A stretch of 64,000 bases of DNA from Sphingobacteriia bacterium (GTDB taxonomy: Bacteria > Bacteroidota > Bacteroidia > UBA7662), in contig RFMW01000091.1 of the NCBI GenBank assembly GCA_009927485.1, positions 12,319 through 76,318 on the forward strand, written 5' to 3'. Each line of letters starts with the position of its first letter. The first letter of the stretch is position 1. Shown here piece after piece: positions 10,065-20,748 of this stretch. The notes under the pieces were generated by a model. The model searched no databases. It worked only from the letters and a program-made list of their open reading frames with translations, and had not been told where the DNA came from. The position numbers and the translations under genes were made by a program.

Positions 10065-10657
10065 ACAAGAGGGTTGGCCTGACCGGGAATATGGGGTCGG
10101 GCAAAACGTTGGTTGCGGGAATTTTCACCCATTGTGGTATCCCTGTTTACAACGCTGATGAACGGGCTCGAGCCCTCATGAGCGAGCCTGGCTCACTCCA
10201 AAACGCAATCGTCAACCTCCTGGGATCCGGAGCCTACCGGGACGACGGAACCCTTGATCGAACTTACATTGCCAAGCGTGTTTTTCAGGACACGGCCCTG
10301 CTGACTGCCTTGAACAAATTGGTTCATCCGGCCGTCGCTGCCGATTCTGAGCAATGGGATGCCTTGCAAAGTGCACCTTATACCTTGCATGAAGCCGCAC
10401 TTTTGGTGCAAAGTGGTTCCTCCATGCAGATGCGTTGCAATATCCTGGTCACTGCCCCGGAACTGTTGCGCATGGACCGGGTCCGCCAACGCAACGGGTG
10501 GTCGGATTCGGAAATCTTGGATCGACTCAAGCATCAATGGAGCGAAGAACGACTAAGGCCCCATTGCCAATACAGCATCATCAACGACGGCACCCACTCC
10601 TTAATCGAGCAGGTAATCGGTATTCATCGCTTGATCCTTCTGGATTTGGGGAAATAG
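10061..10657 (+). CDS. coaE: dephospho-CoA kinase
   Basis: P-loop GLTGNMGSGKT at the N-terminus. 198 aa. 4-bp overlap with yajC. Confidence 0.85.
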   Translation: MNKRVGLTGNMGSGKTLVAGIFTHCGIPVYNADERARALMSEPGSLQNAIVNLLGSGAYRDDGTLDRTYIAKRVFQDTALLTALNKLVHPAVAADSEQWDALQSAPYTLHEAALLVQSGSSMQMRCNILVTAPELLRMDRVRQRNGWSDSEILDRLKHQWSEERLRPHCQYSIINDGTHSLIEQVIGIHRLILLDLGK

Positions 10658-11982
10658 TTGGTGACCCTCACCCCATTCTTGTGCATCCAGCCCAATCCCA
10701 ACCCTTGGTAAGTCATAAGGTTCCATCCGTCACGCAAGTCCCCCATTTGCAGCGGCTGGCCCTGTAGGTACCAGCTGACCAGCGGGTCTTCCAAGGGGAT
10801 TTCATGCCAATCGAATCCCTCCGCATCAAGTTGGGACTGTAAAGCTGACGTTCGACGCCTACCCAAGGCGTGAGCGAGATCTTGGCTGGGAACACCTTCT
10901 TTGGACCATAGCGATAAGCGGTCTCGCAGAATCTTCACCTGCTTGGGCCAATGTGCTTCAAGGAATGCGGTTCTTTCTTCCACCGACGAAATAGATTGGT
11001 GGCTCAAGCCAACCGCCGACTCGTAAGATGAATCGGCCTTCCCTTGGGCCTTTCTCATCACAGCGCAGAAAAAACCTTCCCCTGCAACCTTCCCCGGTAG
11101 GGCCCACCAAGCGGAACTCTTCACAGGCCAATCCTTGTCGATGGCCGAAGCCGGGATAAATCCCCATTCATCAGGGATTTGCAGGTCCATTAGCTCCATA
11201 ACACCGCTTGTGATCCAAGGTCGTATCATCGCTGTATTTTCGGAGAAACCAAAGGTGCACGTGCAGTAAATCATCCAACCACCTGGTCTTAAGCTTTGAA
11301 TTAAAGAGGCCAAAATAGGCTGTTGAATTTGCGAACAAGCCTCGCATTTGCCCAAGGACCAGTCCTTGATGGCATCCTGGTTTTTGCGAAACATTCCTTC
11401 TCCGCTGCAGGGAATATCCACCAAAATTCCATCCCATAGGTTGGGAACCTCTGCCCACACGGTGGCATCCGCATTGGTGACGATTACTTGAGATGAACCG
11501 GTCCTTGAAACTGTTTCCAGCAAGGTTTCCAAGCGGTCTTGTTGAGGTTCCGATGCGACCAGCAAGCCTTCCGGAGCTAGGTGTTCAAGCAATGTGAGGG
11601 TCTTGCCACCGGGAGCGGCACAAGCATCCATGATCAGGTTCATTGGCAAACCTGATGAACGAAATTTTGATAAAAGAAAATCCAACACAAGCCCCGAGGC
11701 CTCTTGCACATGCCAGGCCCCTGCTTGATATCCGGGATGAAAATGAATGGGTTGCGTGTCGCCTTCACGTTTTCGATGGAACCACTGCGCCGTTGGGCAC
11801 CATGGAACGACCCCAATGCTTTCCAAACCCCTAATTTCTCGGGGGTCGATTTCTTCCAAAACCCTAAGTGTCCTGGGAGCAGGCTCGGTAGAATAAAGTT
11901 CGTTAATCAGATCTTCTGCTGCTGGGCCAAATTCGACCCGCAGTCTTTCAAGAAATGGACGAGGTAAATTTCGAGAGAACAC
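10624..11982 (-). CDS. RsmB/NOP-family 16S rRNA (cytosine-C5) methyltransferase
   Basis: SAM-binding motif DACAAPGGKT. Catalytic PCSGEG and TCT motifs. 452 aa. Confidence 0.85.
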   Translation of the reverse strand: MFSRNLPRPFLERLRVEFGPAAEDLINELYSTEPAPRTLRVLEEIDPREIRGLESIGVVPWCPTAQWFHRKREGDTQPIHFHPGYQAGAWHVQEASGLVLDFLLSKFRSSGLPMNLIMDACAAPGGKTLTLLEHLAPEGLLVASEPQQDRLETLLETVSRTGSSQVIVTNADATVWAEVPNLWDGILVDIPCSGEGMFRKNQDAIKDWSLGKCEACSQIQQPILASLIQSLRPGGWMIYCTCTFGFSENTAMIRPWITSGVMELMDLQIPDEWGFIPASAIDKDWPVKSSAWWALPGKVAGEGFFCAVMRKAQGKADSSYESAVGLSHQSISSVEERTAFLEAHWPKQVKILRDRLSLWSKEGVPSQDLAHALGRRRTSALQSQLDAEGFDWHEIPLEDPLVSWYLQGQPLQMGDLRDGWNLMTYQGLGLGWMHKNGVRVTNYFPKSRRIKR

Positions 11983-11999
11983 CCTCCAAGACTGGAAAA

Positions 12000-13145
12000 C
12001 TATGGCTTGGTCCCTTGCATCTTGGCACCTTCCCGCTTCTTTTTCATTTCCAACATCTTGTCGTTCATTTTGAGACGAGCATACAATTGTTGAAGCGAAA
12101 TCATGGTGTTGTTATCGTCAGGTTGCAATTCGTGTGCCTTTTCGAGAACAGGCTGGGCTTTTTCGAAGGCGGCTTTGGCTTTGGCATCAGCGGCTTCGAA
12201 TTCTTTTTGTTTGGAAAAGGGGATCTTATCCGCTTGGTTGGCGAGTTCCGCCGCGGCATTGAAGTACATGGCCCCTAGATTGTAGTAGGGGTCAAAATAA
12301 TCAGCTTTGAGCTCGATCGCTTTTTTGTAATCGGCTTCTGCGAGATCTGATTTTTTGGTGTTATCATAAGCCGTACCTCGAGCGAAATACAAATTAACAT
12401 TGGAGGGATCCAGAGCGATTGCCGCAGTTAATTTCTCGATCGCCATTTCTTGTTTGCCTTGAATCAAATAGATGTTCAATTCATCAATCACCAATCCAAT
12501 ATCGTTCGGGTGGGCAGAACGGCCCTGTTGCAAATAGGTCAAAGCGGCTGCGGTATCCCCGGCGATTTTGGATAGTCTTGCCAATTCAACGAATACACCG
12601 GGTTTATTGTAGCCGTTGGTGAGCAATGCCTGCCAATATTGCATAGCCTTGGCGTTATCGTTCATTTTACCGCAGGTTAATGCTGCATTGAACAAAACCG
12701 AGGTGTCCTGTGGACTTACGCTCAGAAGTTGTTCGAAACGACGTTTTGCTTCAGGATAATTCTTTTTGACGTAGGCGTCCACACCTTCGTTGTAAAACCC
12801 TGCTTGTATGTTGAGAACCTTCTTGGATGCATCATCGCGGTGGTCATTTTTGGTGTCCAATTCGATACATCGACGATAGGATTCCCAAGCTATATCCAAT
12901 GCTTCAGGAAATTTGGGAGACCATGCGGTATCCCCGTAGATCCCCAAGTGCACCTCACCCCTGTAGAACCACGCTTTGGCAGAATTTTGAGTTTTGGGAT
13001 GCATGATGGCTTCATCAATGGACTGTTTGGCCTTATCAAATTCACCATAGCGAATGTAGATAATGGCACTTTGGACCTTGTTGGGTTGGGCCATAGCGGT
13101 CATCAAGGAACAAACCATGGCAAGGGCGAGAAGGATGGCTTTCAT
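12000..13145 (-). CDS. secreted tetratricopeptide-repeat protein
   Basis: Signal peptide (MKAILLALAMVCSLMTAMA). Multiple TPR-like W/Y/A-rich repeats. Conserved position upstream of gyrA. Confidence 0.7.
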   Translation of the reverse strand: MKAILLALAMVCSLMTAMAQPNKVQSAIIYIRYGEFDKAKQSIDEAIMHPKTQNSAKAWFYRGEVHLGIYGDTAWSPKFPEALDIAWESYRRCIELDTKNDHRDDASKKVLNIQAGFYNEGVDAYVKKNYPEAKRRFEQLLSVSPQDTSVLFNAALTCGKMNDNAKAMQYWQALLTNGYNKPGVFVELARLSKIAGDTAAALTYLQQGRSAHPNDIGLVIDELNIYLIQGKQEMAIEKLTAAIALDPSNVNLYFARGTAYDNTKKSDLAEADYKKAIELKADYFDPYYNLGAMYFNAAAELANQADKIPFSKQKEFEAADAKAKAAFEKAQPVLEKAHELQPDDNNTMISLQQLYARLKMNDKMLEMKKKREGAKMQGTKP

Positions 13146-13214
13146 TGGATTGGAATTGGATGATACAGACGGGGTTAATTTAAGAGTGTATTAAATTGGG
13201 TTTGAAAGGTTTTG

Positions 13215-15731
13215 TTATCCTTGATCCTCGGAGTTTCCGGGGGCTGTTCCCTCTTGATTTGAAGGTTCGTTGCTTTCGGGTTCAGTGGATTCGTCTTTTT
13301 CGACCCGGGCAACAGAGGCAATTTGGTCATTACCATCCAGGCGAATCAAGCGCACGCCCTGGGTAGCACGACCCATGACCCTCAAGGATTCAACGCCGAT
13401 ACGAATAGCGACACCGCTTTTGTTGATGATCATCAAATCGTCGCTGTCCTCCACCGCTTGCAAGGCGACGAGTTTACCGGTTTTGTCGGTAATGTTGAGG
13501 GTCCGGACTCCTTTGCCACCGCGGTTGGTCACCCGATAGTCCTCCATTTCAGAGCGTTTGCCGTAGCCATTTTCAGATACCACCAGCAAGGTTGTGGAGG
13601 CCTGTTGAACGCAGACCATCCCGATTACTTCTTCGATGGATTCATCGCAAGTAATCCCCTTCACGCCGGTAGCATTTCGGCCCATGGGTCTAACCTTGGA
13701 CTCCGGAAAACGAATGGCTCGACCAGAACTTACAGCCATGATGATTTCAGACTGCCCATCGGTTAACCTAGCCTCCAGGAGTTGGTCCCCTTCGTTAACG
13801 GAGATTGCGTTGATTCCGTTGGCTCTGGGACGACTGTAGGCCTCCAAAGTCGTTTTCTTGATGATTCCGCTTCGGGTGCAGAAGACTATAAAATTATTTT
13901 CGAGATAGGCTCGGTCATCCAAACTCCGAACCGTGATATAGGCCCGGATTTTGTCATCCGAGGGGATTTGCAACAGATTTTGGACGGCTCTGCCTTTGGT
14001 GTTTTTGGCGCCTTCTGGAATTTCGTAAACTTTCATCCAAAAACATCGACCACGTTCTGTGAACAACAACATGTAATGGTGGGTAGAGGCCACGACCATA
14101 TGCTCGATGAAATCTTCATCACGGGTAGCGCCGCCCATTGCCCCACGGCCTCCACGATGTTGGACACGGTATTCTGCAACAGGGGTGCGCTTGATATACC
14201 CCATATGGGAAACGGTGACTACGACATCCTCTTCTTCGATCATGTCTTCCATCCGAAAATCCCCGGCAGCATAGACGATTTCGGAGCGGCGGGCGTCTCC
14301 GAATTTATCCTTGATTTCCGTGAGCTCGTCCTTGATAATTTGCATGCGCAGTCCTTCGTCGGAGATGATGGCTTTGAGCCTGGCAATCAGGGCCATAATC
14401 TCCGCGTATTCTTGGCGGATTTTGTCACGCTCCATTCCGGTAAGTCGCTGCAAGCGCAATTCGAGAATAGCCTTGGCCTGGATTTCACTCAAACCAAATT
14501 GCGATACAAGCCCTTCCTTCGCAATATCGGGGGTTGAAGACGCCCGAATCAAGGCGATAATTTCATCCAAATGATCCAACGCGATGAGGTAACCCTCCAG
14601 GATATGTGCTTTTCGTTCCGCTTCGGCCAATTCATAGCGCGTTCTTCGCAGGACAACTTCGTGCCGATGATCCACGAAATGCCGGATCATATCCAAAAGG
14701 TTTAAGGCCTGAGGCCTGCCTTTGACCAAGGCAATGTTGTTGACCGAAAAGGAACTCTGCAGAGAGGTGTATTTGTACAGGTGGTTGAGGACCACAGAGG
14801 CCATCGCGTCTTTGCGTATTTCGTAAACGATGCGCATGCCGTCGCGGTCCGATTCATCGCGGATTTCGGAGATGCCTTCTAATTTCTTTTCGTTGACCAG
14901 ATCACCGGTCTTCTGCAGCATATCCGCCTTGTTCACCAAATACGGGATTTCGGTGACGATAATTCGTTCACGACCGTTATCCAGGACCTCGATGGAGGCT
15001 TTGGCCCGAATCACGACCCTTCCCCTTCCGGTCAGCAGCGCTTCCCGGATCCCTTCGTAACCGTACAGGATACCTCCTGTTGGAAAGTCCGGGGCTTTGA
15101 CATATTGCAATAGGGCATCGCAAGCAATATCTCGGTTGTCGATGTAGGCATGGATGCCATCGATAATCTCGGACAGATTGTGTGGTGCCATGTTGGTGGC
15201 CATCCCCACAGCAATACCTGCAGAACCGTTCATGAGCAAATTGGGGAACTTGCAGGGCATGACCGTGGGTTCCTCCAATGAATCATCGAAATTGAGTTGA
15301 AAATCAACGGTTTCTTTCTCAATGTCTGCCAGCATTTCTTCGGCGAGTCTGGTCAAACGAGCCTCCGTATAACGCATTGCCGCAGGGCTATCTCCATCCA
15401 CCGATCCGAAATTACCTTGGCCATCCACCAAAGGATAGCGCATGGACCAGGGTTGGGCCATGCGGACCATGGTATCGTACACAGAAGAATCGCCGTGGGG
15501 ATGGTATTTACCCAGAACCTCACCGACAATACGAGCAGATTTCTTGTAGGGTTTGTTGTACGAAAGCCCCAATTCATTCATCCCAAACAGCACCCTACGG
15601 TGAACAGGTTTCAACCCATCGCGCACATCGGGTAGAGCTCTGGAAACGATAACCGACATCGAATAATCGATGTAAGCGGATTTCATTTCTTCCTCAATGA
15701 GAATGGGTATAATTTTCGACGTTTCGGACAT
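13215..15731 (-). CDS. gyrA: DNA gyrase subunit A
   Basis: AMRYTEARL active-site-Tyr motif. GyrA box region. 838 aa with C-terminal beta-pinwheel repeats and an acidic tail. Confidence 0.95.
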   Translation of the reverse strand: MSETSKIIPILIEEEMKSAYIDYSMSVIVSRALPDVRDGLKPVHRRVLFGMNELGLSYNKPYKKSARIVGEVLGKYHPHGDSSVYDTMVRMAQPWSMRYPLVDGQGNFGSVDGDSPAAMRYTEARLTRLAEEMLADIEKETVDFQLNFDDSLEEPTVMPCKFPNLLMNGSAGIAVGMATNMAPHNLSEIIDGIHAYIDNRDIACDALLQYVKAPDFPTGGILYGYEGIREALLTGRGRVVIRAKASIEVLDNGRERIIVTEIPYLVNKADMLQKTGDLVNEKKLEGISEIRDESDRDGMRIVYEIRKDAMASVVLNHLYKYTSLQSSFSVNNIALVKGRPQALNLLDMIRHFVDHRHEVVLRRTRYELAEAERKAHILEGYLIALDHLDEIIALIRASSTPDIAKEGLVSQFGLSEIQAKAILELRLQRLTGMERDKIRQEYAEIMALIARLKAIISDEGLRMQIIKDELTEIKDKFGDARRSEIVYAAGDFRMEDMIEEEDVVVTVSHMGYIKRTPVAEYRVQHRGGRGAMGGATRDEDFIEHMVVASTHHYMLLFTERGRCFWMKVYEIPEGAKNTKGRAVQNLLQIPSDDKIRAYITVRSLDDRAYLENNFIVFCTRSGIIKKTTLEAYSRPRANGINAISVNEGDQLLEARLTDGQSEIIMAVSSGRAIRFPESKVRPMGRNATGVKGITCDESIEEVIGMVCVQQASTTLLVVSENGYGKRSEMEDYRVTNRGGKGVRTLNITDKTGKLVALQAVEDSDDLMIINKSGVAIRIGVESLRVMGRATQGVRLIRLDGNDQIASVARVEKDESTEPESNEPSNQEGTAPGNSEDQG

Positions 15732-15948
15732 GGATGGGCTTTGACTTTATCGCTACAAAATACGGCATTTCAGCTACATTTAGGCCTGTTTTGGGTCTCA
15801 AAATATCCAAATTTTGAGAAGAAATTCGATTGTGAGGTTCAATCGAACCCTTAATCCACGACTCGAACATTTTTGAACTAATTTGGCGTTGAATTACCTG
15901 GGTGATCCCCCGATTTTTCTTTCCCAATCCAAATCCGACTCTTCGTCT

Positions 15949-16641
15949 ATGAACTACGCTTTTATGTTAAACCTGCCCCTGAGGCTTCAAATGGAAACCC
16001 CTACCCCTCCTGCATCCCTCAACGTGCTGGACCTGGCCTTCAAAGGGGGTCCATTCATGATCCCGCTTTTGGCCTTTTCCATCTTAACGGTATACCTTAT
16101 GGTGGAGCGCTCTATCACCCTCAAACGTTATCGCCGGGGTTTGGATGCTTTGCACCGGGATATCCAAGTCTATATCAAAGCCGGTCAGGCCGCTCAAGCC
16201 ATCGAAACCTGCAAAAGATCTGATTTACCCCTGGCTAGATTGTACCTACAATTGTTCGAGAAAAGGCCGACTCTTTCCATGGAATCAATGCGGGAACACA
16301 TGGATTACTACGGCAAAAAAGAATCGGTGCATTATGAAAAAAACCTCGCGATGATGGCCACCGTATCCGGTGCCGCCCCCATGGTTGGATTCTTGGGTAC
16401 CGTAACGGGAATGATCCGCGCCTTTTATCAGATGTCCATATCAGGAGCATCCATTGATCCGTCCAAATTATCGGGCGGTATTTACGAAGCTATGGTCACG
16501 ACGGCTGCAGGTTTGATGGTCGGAATCCTTGCCTATTTGGCCTATAACTACTTCACTGTCAAGGTAGAAAGGCAGCTCACGGAATTGGAATTTATGGTTG
16601 GTGATACCCTTGAACTTACCGAGAAATATCCCGTCGCATGA
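15949..16641 (+). CDS. exbB: MotA/TolQ/ExbB proton-channel family protein
   Basis: Three-TM topology with the conserved C-terminal MotA/TolQ region (GAAPMVGFLGTVTGMIRAF). Confidence 0.8.
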   Translation: MNYAFMLNLPLRLQMETPTPPASLNVLDLAFKGGPFMIPLLAFSILTVYLMVERSITLKRYRRGLDALHRDIQVYIKAGQAAQAIETCKRSDLPLARLYLQLFEKRPTLSMESMREHMDYYGKKESVHYEKNLAMMATVSGAAPMVGFLGTVTGMIRAFYQMSISGASIDPSKLSGGIYEAMVTTAAGLMVGILAYLAYNYFTVKVERQLTELEFMVGDTLELTEKYPVA

Positions 16642-17030
16642 ATTTTCGTAAAGCATCCAAAGTCAAAGCCGATTTTAGCATGGCTTCCATGACGGATATC
16701 GTCTTTCTTCTGCTAATTTTTTTCTTGCTTACCTCGACGTTGGTGGCTCCGCAAGCCCTCAAGTTGCTTTTGCCCAAAGGCAAAGGCCAAACCGTGCAGA
16801 AGCAAGCCATTCGGATTAGCATTGATAGCCTATCGCAGTACTACCTCGACAACCAAAAGGTCAACAAAGAATCCCTGAAAGGAAGACTCCTTTCCCTTGC
16901 AGCAGCGGATACCAGCCAAACTTTGATGTTACAGAGTCATCGGTTGGTTCCTGTTCAAGAGGTGGTCGATGTGATGCAATGGGCCCAGGAGGCCCGCCTC
17001 AAAATGGTTTTGGCAACCGATCCAAGGTGA
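16638..17030 (+). CDS. exbD: biopolymer transporter ExbD/TolR
   Basis: N-terminal MTDIVFLLLIFFLLTSTL TM helix. 130 aa. 4-bp overlap with exbB. Confidence 0.8.
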   Translation: MNFRKASKVKADFSMASMTDIVFLLLIFFLLTSTLVAPQALKLLLPKGKGQTVQKQAIRISIDSLSQYYLDNQKVNKESLKGRLLSLAAADTSQTLMLQSHRLVPVQEVVDVMQWAQEARLKMVLATDPR

Positions 17031-17779
17031 AAGGAACTGACCGTTCACAGGCCAAGGCCTGGGCTTTTAGTCTGCTTCTTCACCTGATTTTGGTGTTGAT
17101 CCTTGGACTTTTGACCTTGGGAATACCCCAAAATGATCCTGCCGAGAACAAAGCCGGGGGCATGGCTTTGGCCCTGGGCGTCCCGGATGGTTTAGCGGAA
17201 GCGGATCCCTCCGTAAGCTCTTCTTCGGAGCAAAGCGCTGAAACCGCTCTTCCAGAGCCCAGACCTGAACCTGCATACCCCAAATCCCCCCCTTTTGCAA
17301 CGCAAGATTTGGAAGAAGCCCCTGTGGTGAACACCAAAACCAGTACTCCAATAGAAACCAAACCCATGGATCCTCGTTTGCAGCGTTTGCTCAACCGCAA
17401 AAATTCCGCAAACCAAAGCAGCATGCAAAGCCCTTCTCAAGGAGTGGAAGATGGATCCCCTGAATCCAAAGGTCAAAACAACGGGAGCGGTGGCTTTTCG
17501 GCCAGTGGTGATGGCCTAGAAAACAGAGGTTTTGCGCAGGACCCCGATCCGGAGGAATTTAGAATTCTTGATGCTCAAGTGGATATTCCCATTGAAGTGG
17601 ATCGTGAAGGACGAGTGCGTGTTATCGGAACGCCCAAAAGCACCAAACCCCTAACGGCTCAACAACGAAGAGCCTTGGTGGAGGCCACACAGAATGCTCG
17701 ATTCAAACGTTCGGTCAACGGCAAAGAAATTCAACGAGGAATTTTACAATTTGAATTAAAGGTTCGGAGTAAATCGTAA
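17027..17779 (+). CDS. TonB-like energy transducer (proline-rich), GTG start
   Basis: N-terminal TM helix (AWAFSLLLHLILVLILGLLTL), long Pro/Ser-rich spacer and a small C-terminal domain. The GTG start overlaps the exbD stop (GTGA). The only ATG in frame is 48 nt upstream, inside exbD. Confidence 0.6.
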   Translation: MKGTDRSQAKAWAFSLLLHLILVLILGLLTLGIPQNDPAENKAGGMALALGVPDGLAEADPSVSSSSEQSAETALPEPRPEPAYPKSPPFATQDLEEAPVVNTKTSTPIETKPMDPRLQRLLNRKNSANQSSMQSPSQGVEDGSPESKGQNNGSGGFSASGDGLENRGFAQDPDPEEFRILDAQVDIPIEVDREGRVRVIGTPKSTKPLTAQQRRALVEATQNARFKRSVNGKEIQRGILQFELKVRSKS

Positions 17780-17833
17780 ACCACTCCTATGGAAAACTCC
17801 GTAGAAGGATCAATTGAAATCTCTATATCCACT

Positions 17834-19186
17834 ATGCCAAACAAACGCATTCCGACCTATAAAGAAACCTTAGGGTGGCTACTGGAGCAGTTGCCCATGT
17901 TTCATCGGGTCGGACCTGCAGCTTATCGCCAAGGATTGGATGGCATACAAACCCTGTGCCGTTTCATCCATCACCCCGAACGTCGTTTGGGCAAAGTGAT
18001 CCATGTTGCAGGAACAAACGGCAAGGGTTCTGTCTCCCATATGTTGGCTGCAATCTTGCAAGCTCATGGATACCGCACGGGATTGTTCACCTCGCCCCAT
18101 CTGCGAGACTTTAGGGAGAGAATCCGGGTAAACGGTCAACCCATTGAAGAAGAACGTGTTGTGCATTGGGTCTCCCGCTTGCAACAATGTCCGGATTACC
18201 CTCAGCCATCCTTTTTTGAGTTTACCACGGCCATGGCCTTTGCCCATTTCGCTGAGTCTGAGCTTGATTTTGTTGTCATTGAAACCGGTCTGGGCGGTAG
18301 GCTGGATTCTACCAATATCGTACAGCCTGTATTAACATTAATTACCCATATTGACTGGGACCATATGAATTTGCTTGGAAATACCTTGCCTATGATTGCT
18401 GCGGAGAAGGCAGGCATTATGAAGCGCGGAGTTCCCCTAATTCTTGGGAGAACGCAAGTTGAAGAAGTCCAGAGCATTTTTGAGAACAAGGCCCATGAAT
18501 TAAGGTGCCTGCTCTACAATGCAGATCAATGTTATCGATTAAAGAAGGTTCCCCTCGAAGATTCCTATGCATGGCGCGTGGAACGAAACGGAAAGCCAGG
18601 GAGTCATCTTCTGCACTGTGATTTGTTGGGGGATTATCAAGCAGAAAATTTAGGACAGGCCTTAATGGCCGTGGACGTTTTGCGACATATGGGAGAAGAT
18701 TTGGAGGATGAAAAGGTTTTGCAGGGACTAAGCAACGTATCGGGTCTTACCGGTTTGCAAGGACGCTGGCAAATTTGGGGGCATCACCCCCTGCGTATAA
18801 CGGATGTAGCTCACAATCAAGAAGGTATACGAGCCATCCTGGACCAGATCCAATCCACCTTGATTCGCTTGAGCCAAGAAGAAGAGGGTGATCAGCCCCA
18901 AGCGCATTGGGTATTGGGTATGGTCAGCGATAAAGATCATGATGCGGTTTTGGCTTTGTTGCCCAAGGCAGGTCATTATTATTTCTGTGCCCCCAACATA
19001 CCCCGTGCCCTGCCTGCAGAGGTTCTTTCCGAAAAAGCAAAGTCCTATCACCTGACCGGCTCCGTATGGCCCTCGGTGGACCATGCCTGGAGGGCAGCAG
19101 TCTCGGCTGCTGGCAAATTTGATTTGGTGATCGCCACCGGTTCTTTCTTTGTAGTCGCGGAAATCAACCACTGTGGTCAAAACTAA
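17834..19186 (+). CDS. folC: bifunctional folylpolyglutamate synthase / dihydrofolate synthase
   Basis: Mur-ligase P-loop HVAGTNGKGSV. FTSPHL motif. 450-465 aa. Alternative start at 17789. Confidence 0.85.
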   Translation: MPNKRIPTYKETLGWLLEQLPMFHRVGPAAYRQGLDGIQTLCRFIHHPERRLGKVIHVAGTNGKGSVSHMLAAILQAHGYRTGLFTSPHLRDFRERIRVNGQPIEEERVVHWVSRLQQCPDYPQPSFFEFTTAMAFAHFAESELDFVVIETGLGGRLDSTNIVQPVLTLITHIDWDHMNLLGNTLPMIAAEKAGIMKRGVPLILGRTQVEEVQSIFENKAHELRCLLYNADQCYRLKKVPLEDSYAWRVERNGKPGSHLLHCDLLGDYQAENLGQALMAVDVLRHMGEDLEDEKVLQGLSNVSGLTGLQGRWQIWGHHPLRITDVAHNQEGIRAILDQIQSTLIRLSQEEEGDQPQAHWVLGMVSDKDHDAVLALLPKAGHYYFCAPNIPRALPAEVLSEKAKSYHLTGSVWPSVDHAWRAAVSAAGKFDLVIATGSFFVVAEINHCGQN

Positions 19187-19194
19187 ACGAGTCC

Positions 19195-19668
19195 TTGGCT
19201 AACATTACTATTTATACCGATGGATCGGCTTTGGGCAACCCGGGTCCCGGGGGTTATGGGGCCATACTCCTCAGCGGAACTCATCGCAAAGAAATTAGCG
19301 GTGGATTCCGGCTTACCACCAACAACAGGATGGAACTCATGGCGGCCATCGCCGCCCTGCAGGAAATTAAAGGAACATCGCATGATATTGTGTTGATCTC
19401 GGATTCAAAATACCTGGTAGACGCTTTCAATGCCCATTGGACCCAAGGTTGGGTCAAGAGGAATTGGAAAAATGTAAAAAACCCTGACCTCTGGAAGGCT
19501 TTGATCGCCCTGGCAGAACATCATCGTATGCAATGGACATGGATTAAAGGCCATACCATGCATCCTGAAAATGAACGGTGCGATTTCTTGGCCAAAGAAG
19601 CAGCCTCAAAGACCGAATTACCTGAAGACCAAGGCTATATAGCAATCAAAGAAGCCAACATCGATTGA
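19195..19668 (+). CDS. rnhA: ribonuclease HI
   Basis: IYTDGSALGNPGPGGYGAIL plus conserved catalytic D/E/D residues. 157 aa. Confidence 0.9.
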   Translation: MANITIYTDGSALGNPGPGGYGAILLSGTHRKEISGGFRLTTNNRMELMAAIAALQEIKGTSHDIVLISDSKYLVDAFNAHWTQGWVKRNWKNVKNPDLWKALIALAEHHRMQWTWIKGHTMHPENERCDFLAKEAASKTELPEDQGYIAIKEANID

Positions 19669-20234
19669 ACAGCGGCCGCACGATGAGAAATTTCATTCTT
19701 CTTGGCAGGGTCAATTTCGGCTAAACTACGTCCGGGGATTTCTTGGGCTTCAAAAACCGGGTCGTAGCCAAATCCGTGGTAACCACGAGGGTACTCCAGA
19801 ATCTTACCCTCAACCCGGCCTTCCCAATAGGTGGCCTCCTTTCCATTCCATAAACACAGCACACAGACAAAGCGTGCCCTGCGATTGACTTGATTGGTCA
19901 AGCGTTTCAAAAGCAACTGGACATTTTCTACATCCGTGGCCTTGGGTCCAGCAAAGCGCGCCGAATGCACCCCGGGCAAGCCGTTCAAGGCCTCAACTTC
20001 CAGGCCGGAATCATCCGCCAAGGCCGGAAGGTTCGAAGCCGCATAGGCAGCTTGAGCCTTGATGAGTGCATTTTCTCGAAAAGTATTTCCTGTTTCATCT
20101 GGGACCTCCGTGATTTGGAGTTGCGCCAGGGTCATCAGTTCCACGCGGTATGGGCCCAACATTTGGCGTAATTCCTCGGCCTTGTGGAGGTTATGGCTGG
20201 CCAAAATCCAACGTTGCAGGACTTGCTCACGCAT
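19635..20234 (-). CDS. rdgB: non-canonical purine NTP pyrophosphatase (RdgB/HAM1)
   Basis: ILASHNLHKAEEL...FRENALIKA...DDSGLEVEALNGLPGVHSARF...GFGYDPVF. Start set at the internal ATG (MREQV) so that the upstream ORF ends 4 nt before it. Confidence 0.85.
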   Translation of the reverse strand: MREQVLQRWILASHNLHKAEELRQMLGPYRVELMTLAQLQITEVPDETGNTFRENALIKAQAAYAASNLPALADDSGLEVEALNGLPGVHSARFAGPKATDVENVQLLLKRLTNQVNRRARFVCVLCLWNGKEATYWEGRVEGKILEYPRGYHGFGYDPVFEAQEIPGRSLAEIDPAKKNEISHRAAAVQSMLASLIAI

Positions 20235-20709
20235 CCCGCCAACCTTTGATTTGGCCCCAAAGCGATTTTCTCGCATTTTCGTCGCTGCTTAATGTATTCA
20301 AATCGGGGGCTTGCGCCCAATATCCGTGGGGTTCAAGGGGAAGTTCCGGCATGGAGATCCCAAGAGCGAGTACTCTTCGCGTTAACCAGGATTGCGACGA
20401 CCACCAAACTCTCAATTGGTCAAGATCCATAGATGCCATCACCACAATTTGCAATTCAGCAGGGACGTAACCTATGGATGCAGCTATTTTGAGTAACAGA
20501 GGCCTGCTCTGCGCTTGAGGTTCTTCGGGGACCAAAATCCATAATTCCCTTGGAGGCCCCGTTGATGGTACAGGAACGGCATGGGGCTCTTCGAGGAGAT
20601 GGAGGATTTCATCTTCCAATACCCATTCCTCCCACAAGGGGTCTCCTATCGTGGACCCTGCCCAGAAGGCCTTAGCCCCTTCCTCTTCCTTGGTTTTGAC
20701 CGCCATTAC
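20227..20709 (-). CDS. hypothetical protein (161 aa)
   Basis: The 3' part of the long minus-strand ORF 20227..21465 does not overlap ilvE. Leaving it unannotated would create a 470-bp non-coding gap in an otherwise dense region. Stop lies 4 nt before the rdgB start. No motif recognised. Confidence 0.4.
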   Translation of the reverse strand, partial: VMAVKTKEEEGAKAFWAGSTIGDPLWEEWVLEDEILHLLEEPHAVPVPSTGPPRELWILVPEEPQAQSRPLLLKIAASIGYVPAELQIVVMASMDLDQLRVWWSSQSWLTRRVLALGISMPELPLEPHGYWAQAPDLNTLSSDENARKSLWGQIKGWRDA

Positions 20710-20748
20710 GTTGCAAATTAAGGGCCTCTTTCCTAACTTCGGCGCGTC

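Noticed and set aside
13782-14537. 251-aa plus-strand ORF
   Set aside because: Antisense inside gyrA.
17200-17520. Pro/Ser/Glu-rich low-complexity stretch considered as a nucleotide repeat
   Set aside because: It is the periplasm-spanning linker of the TonB-like protein. No exact DNA tandem repeat.
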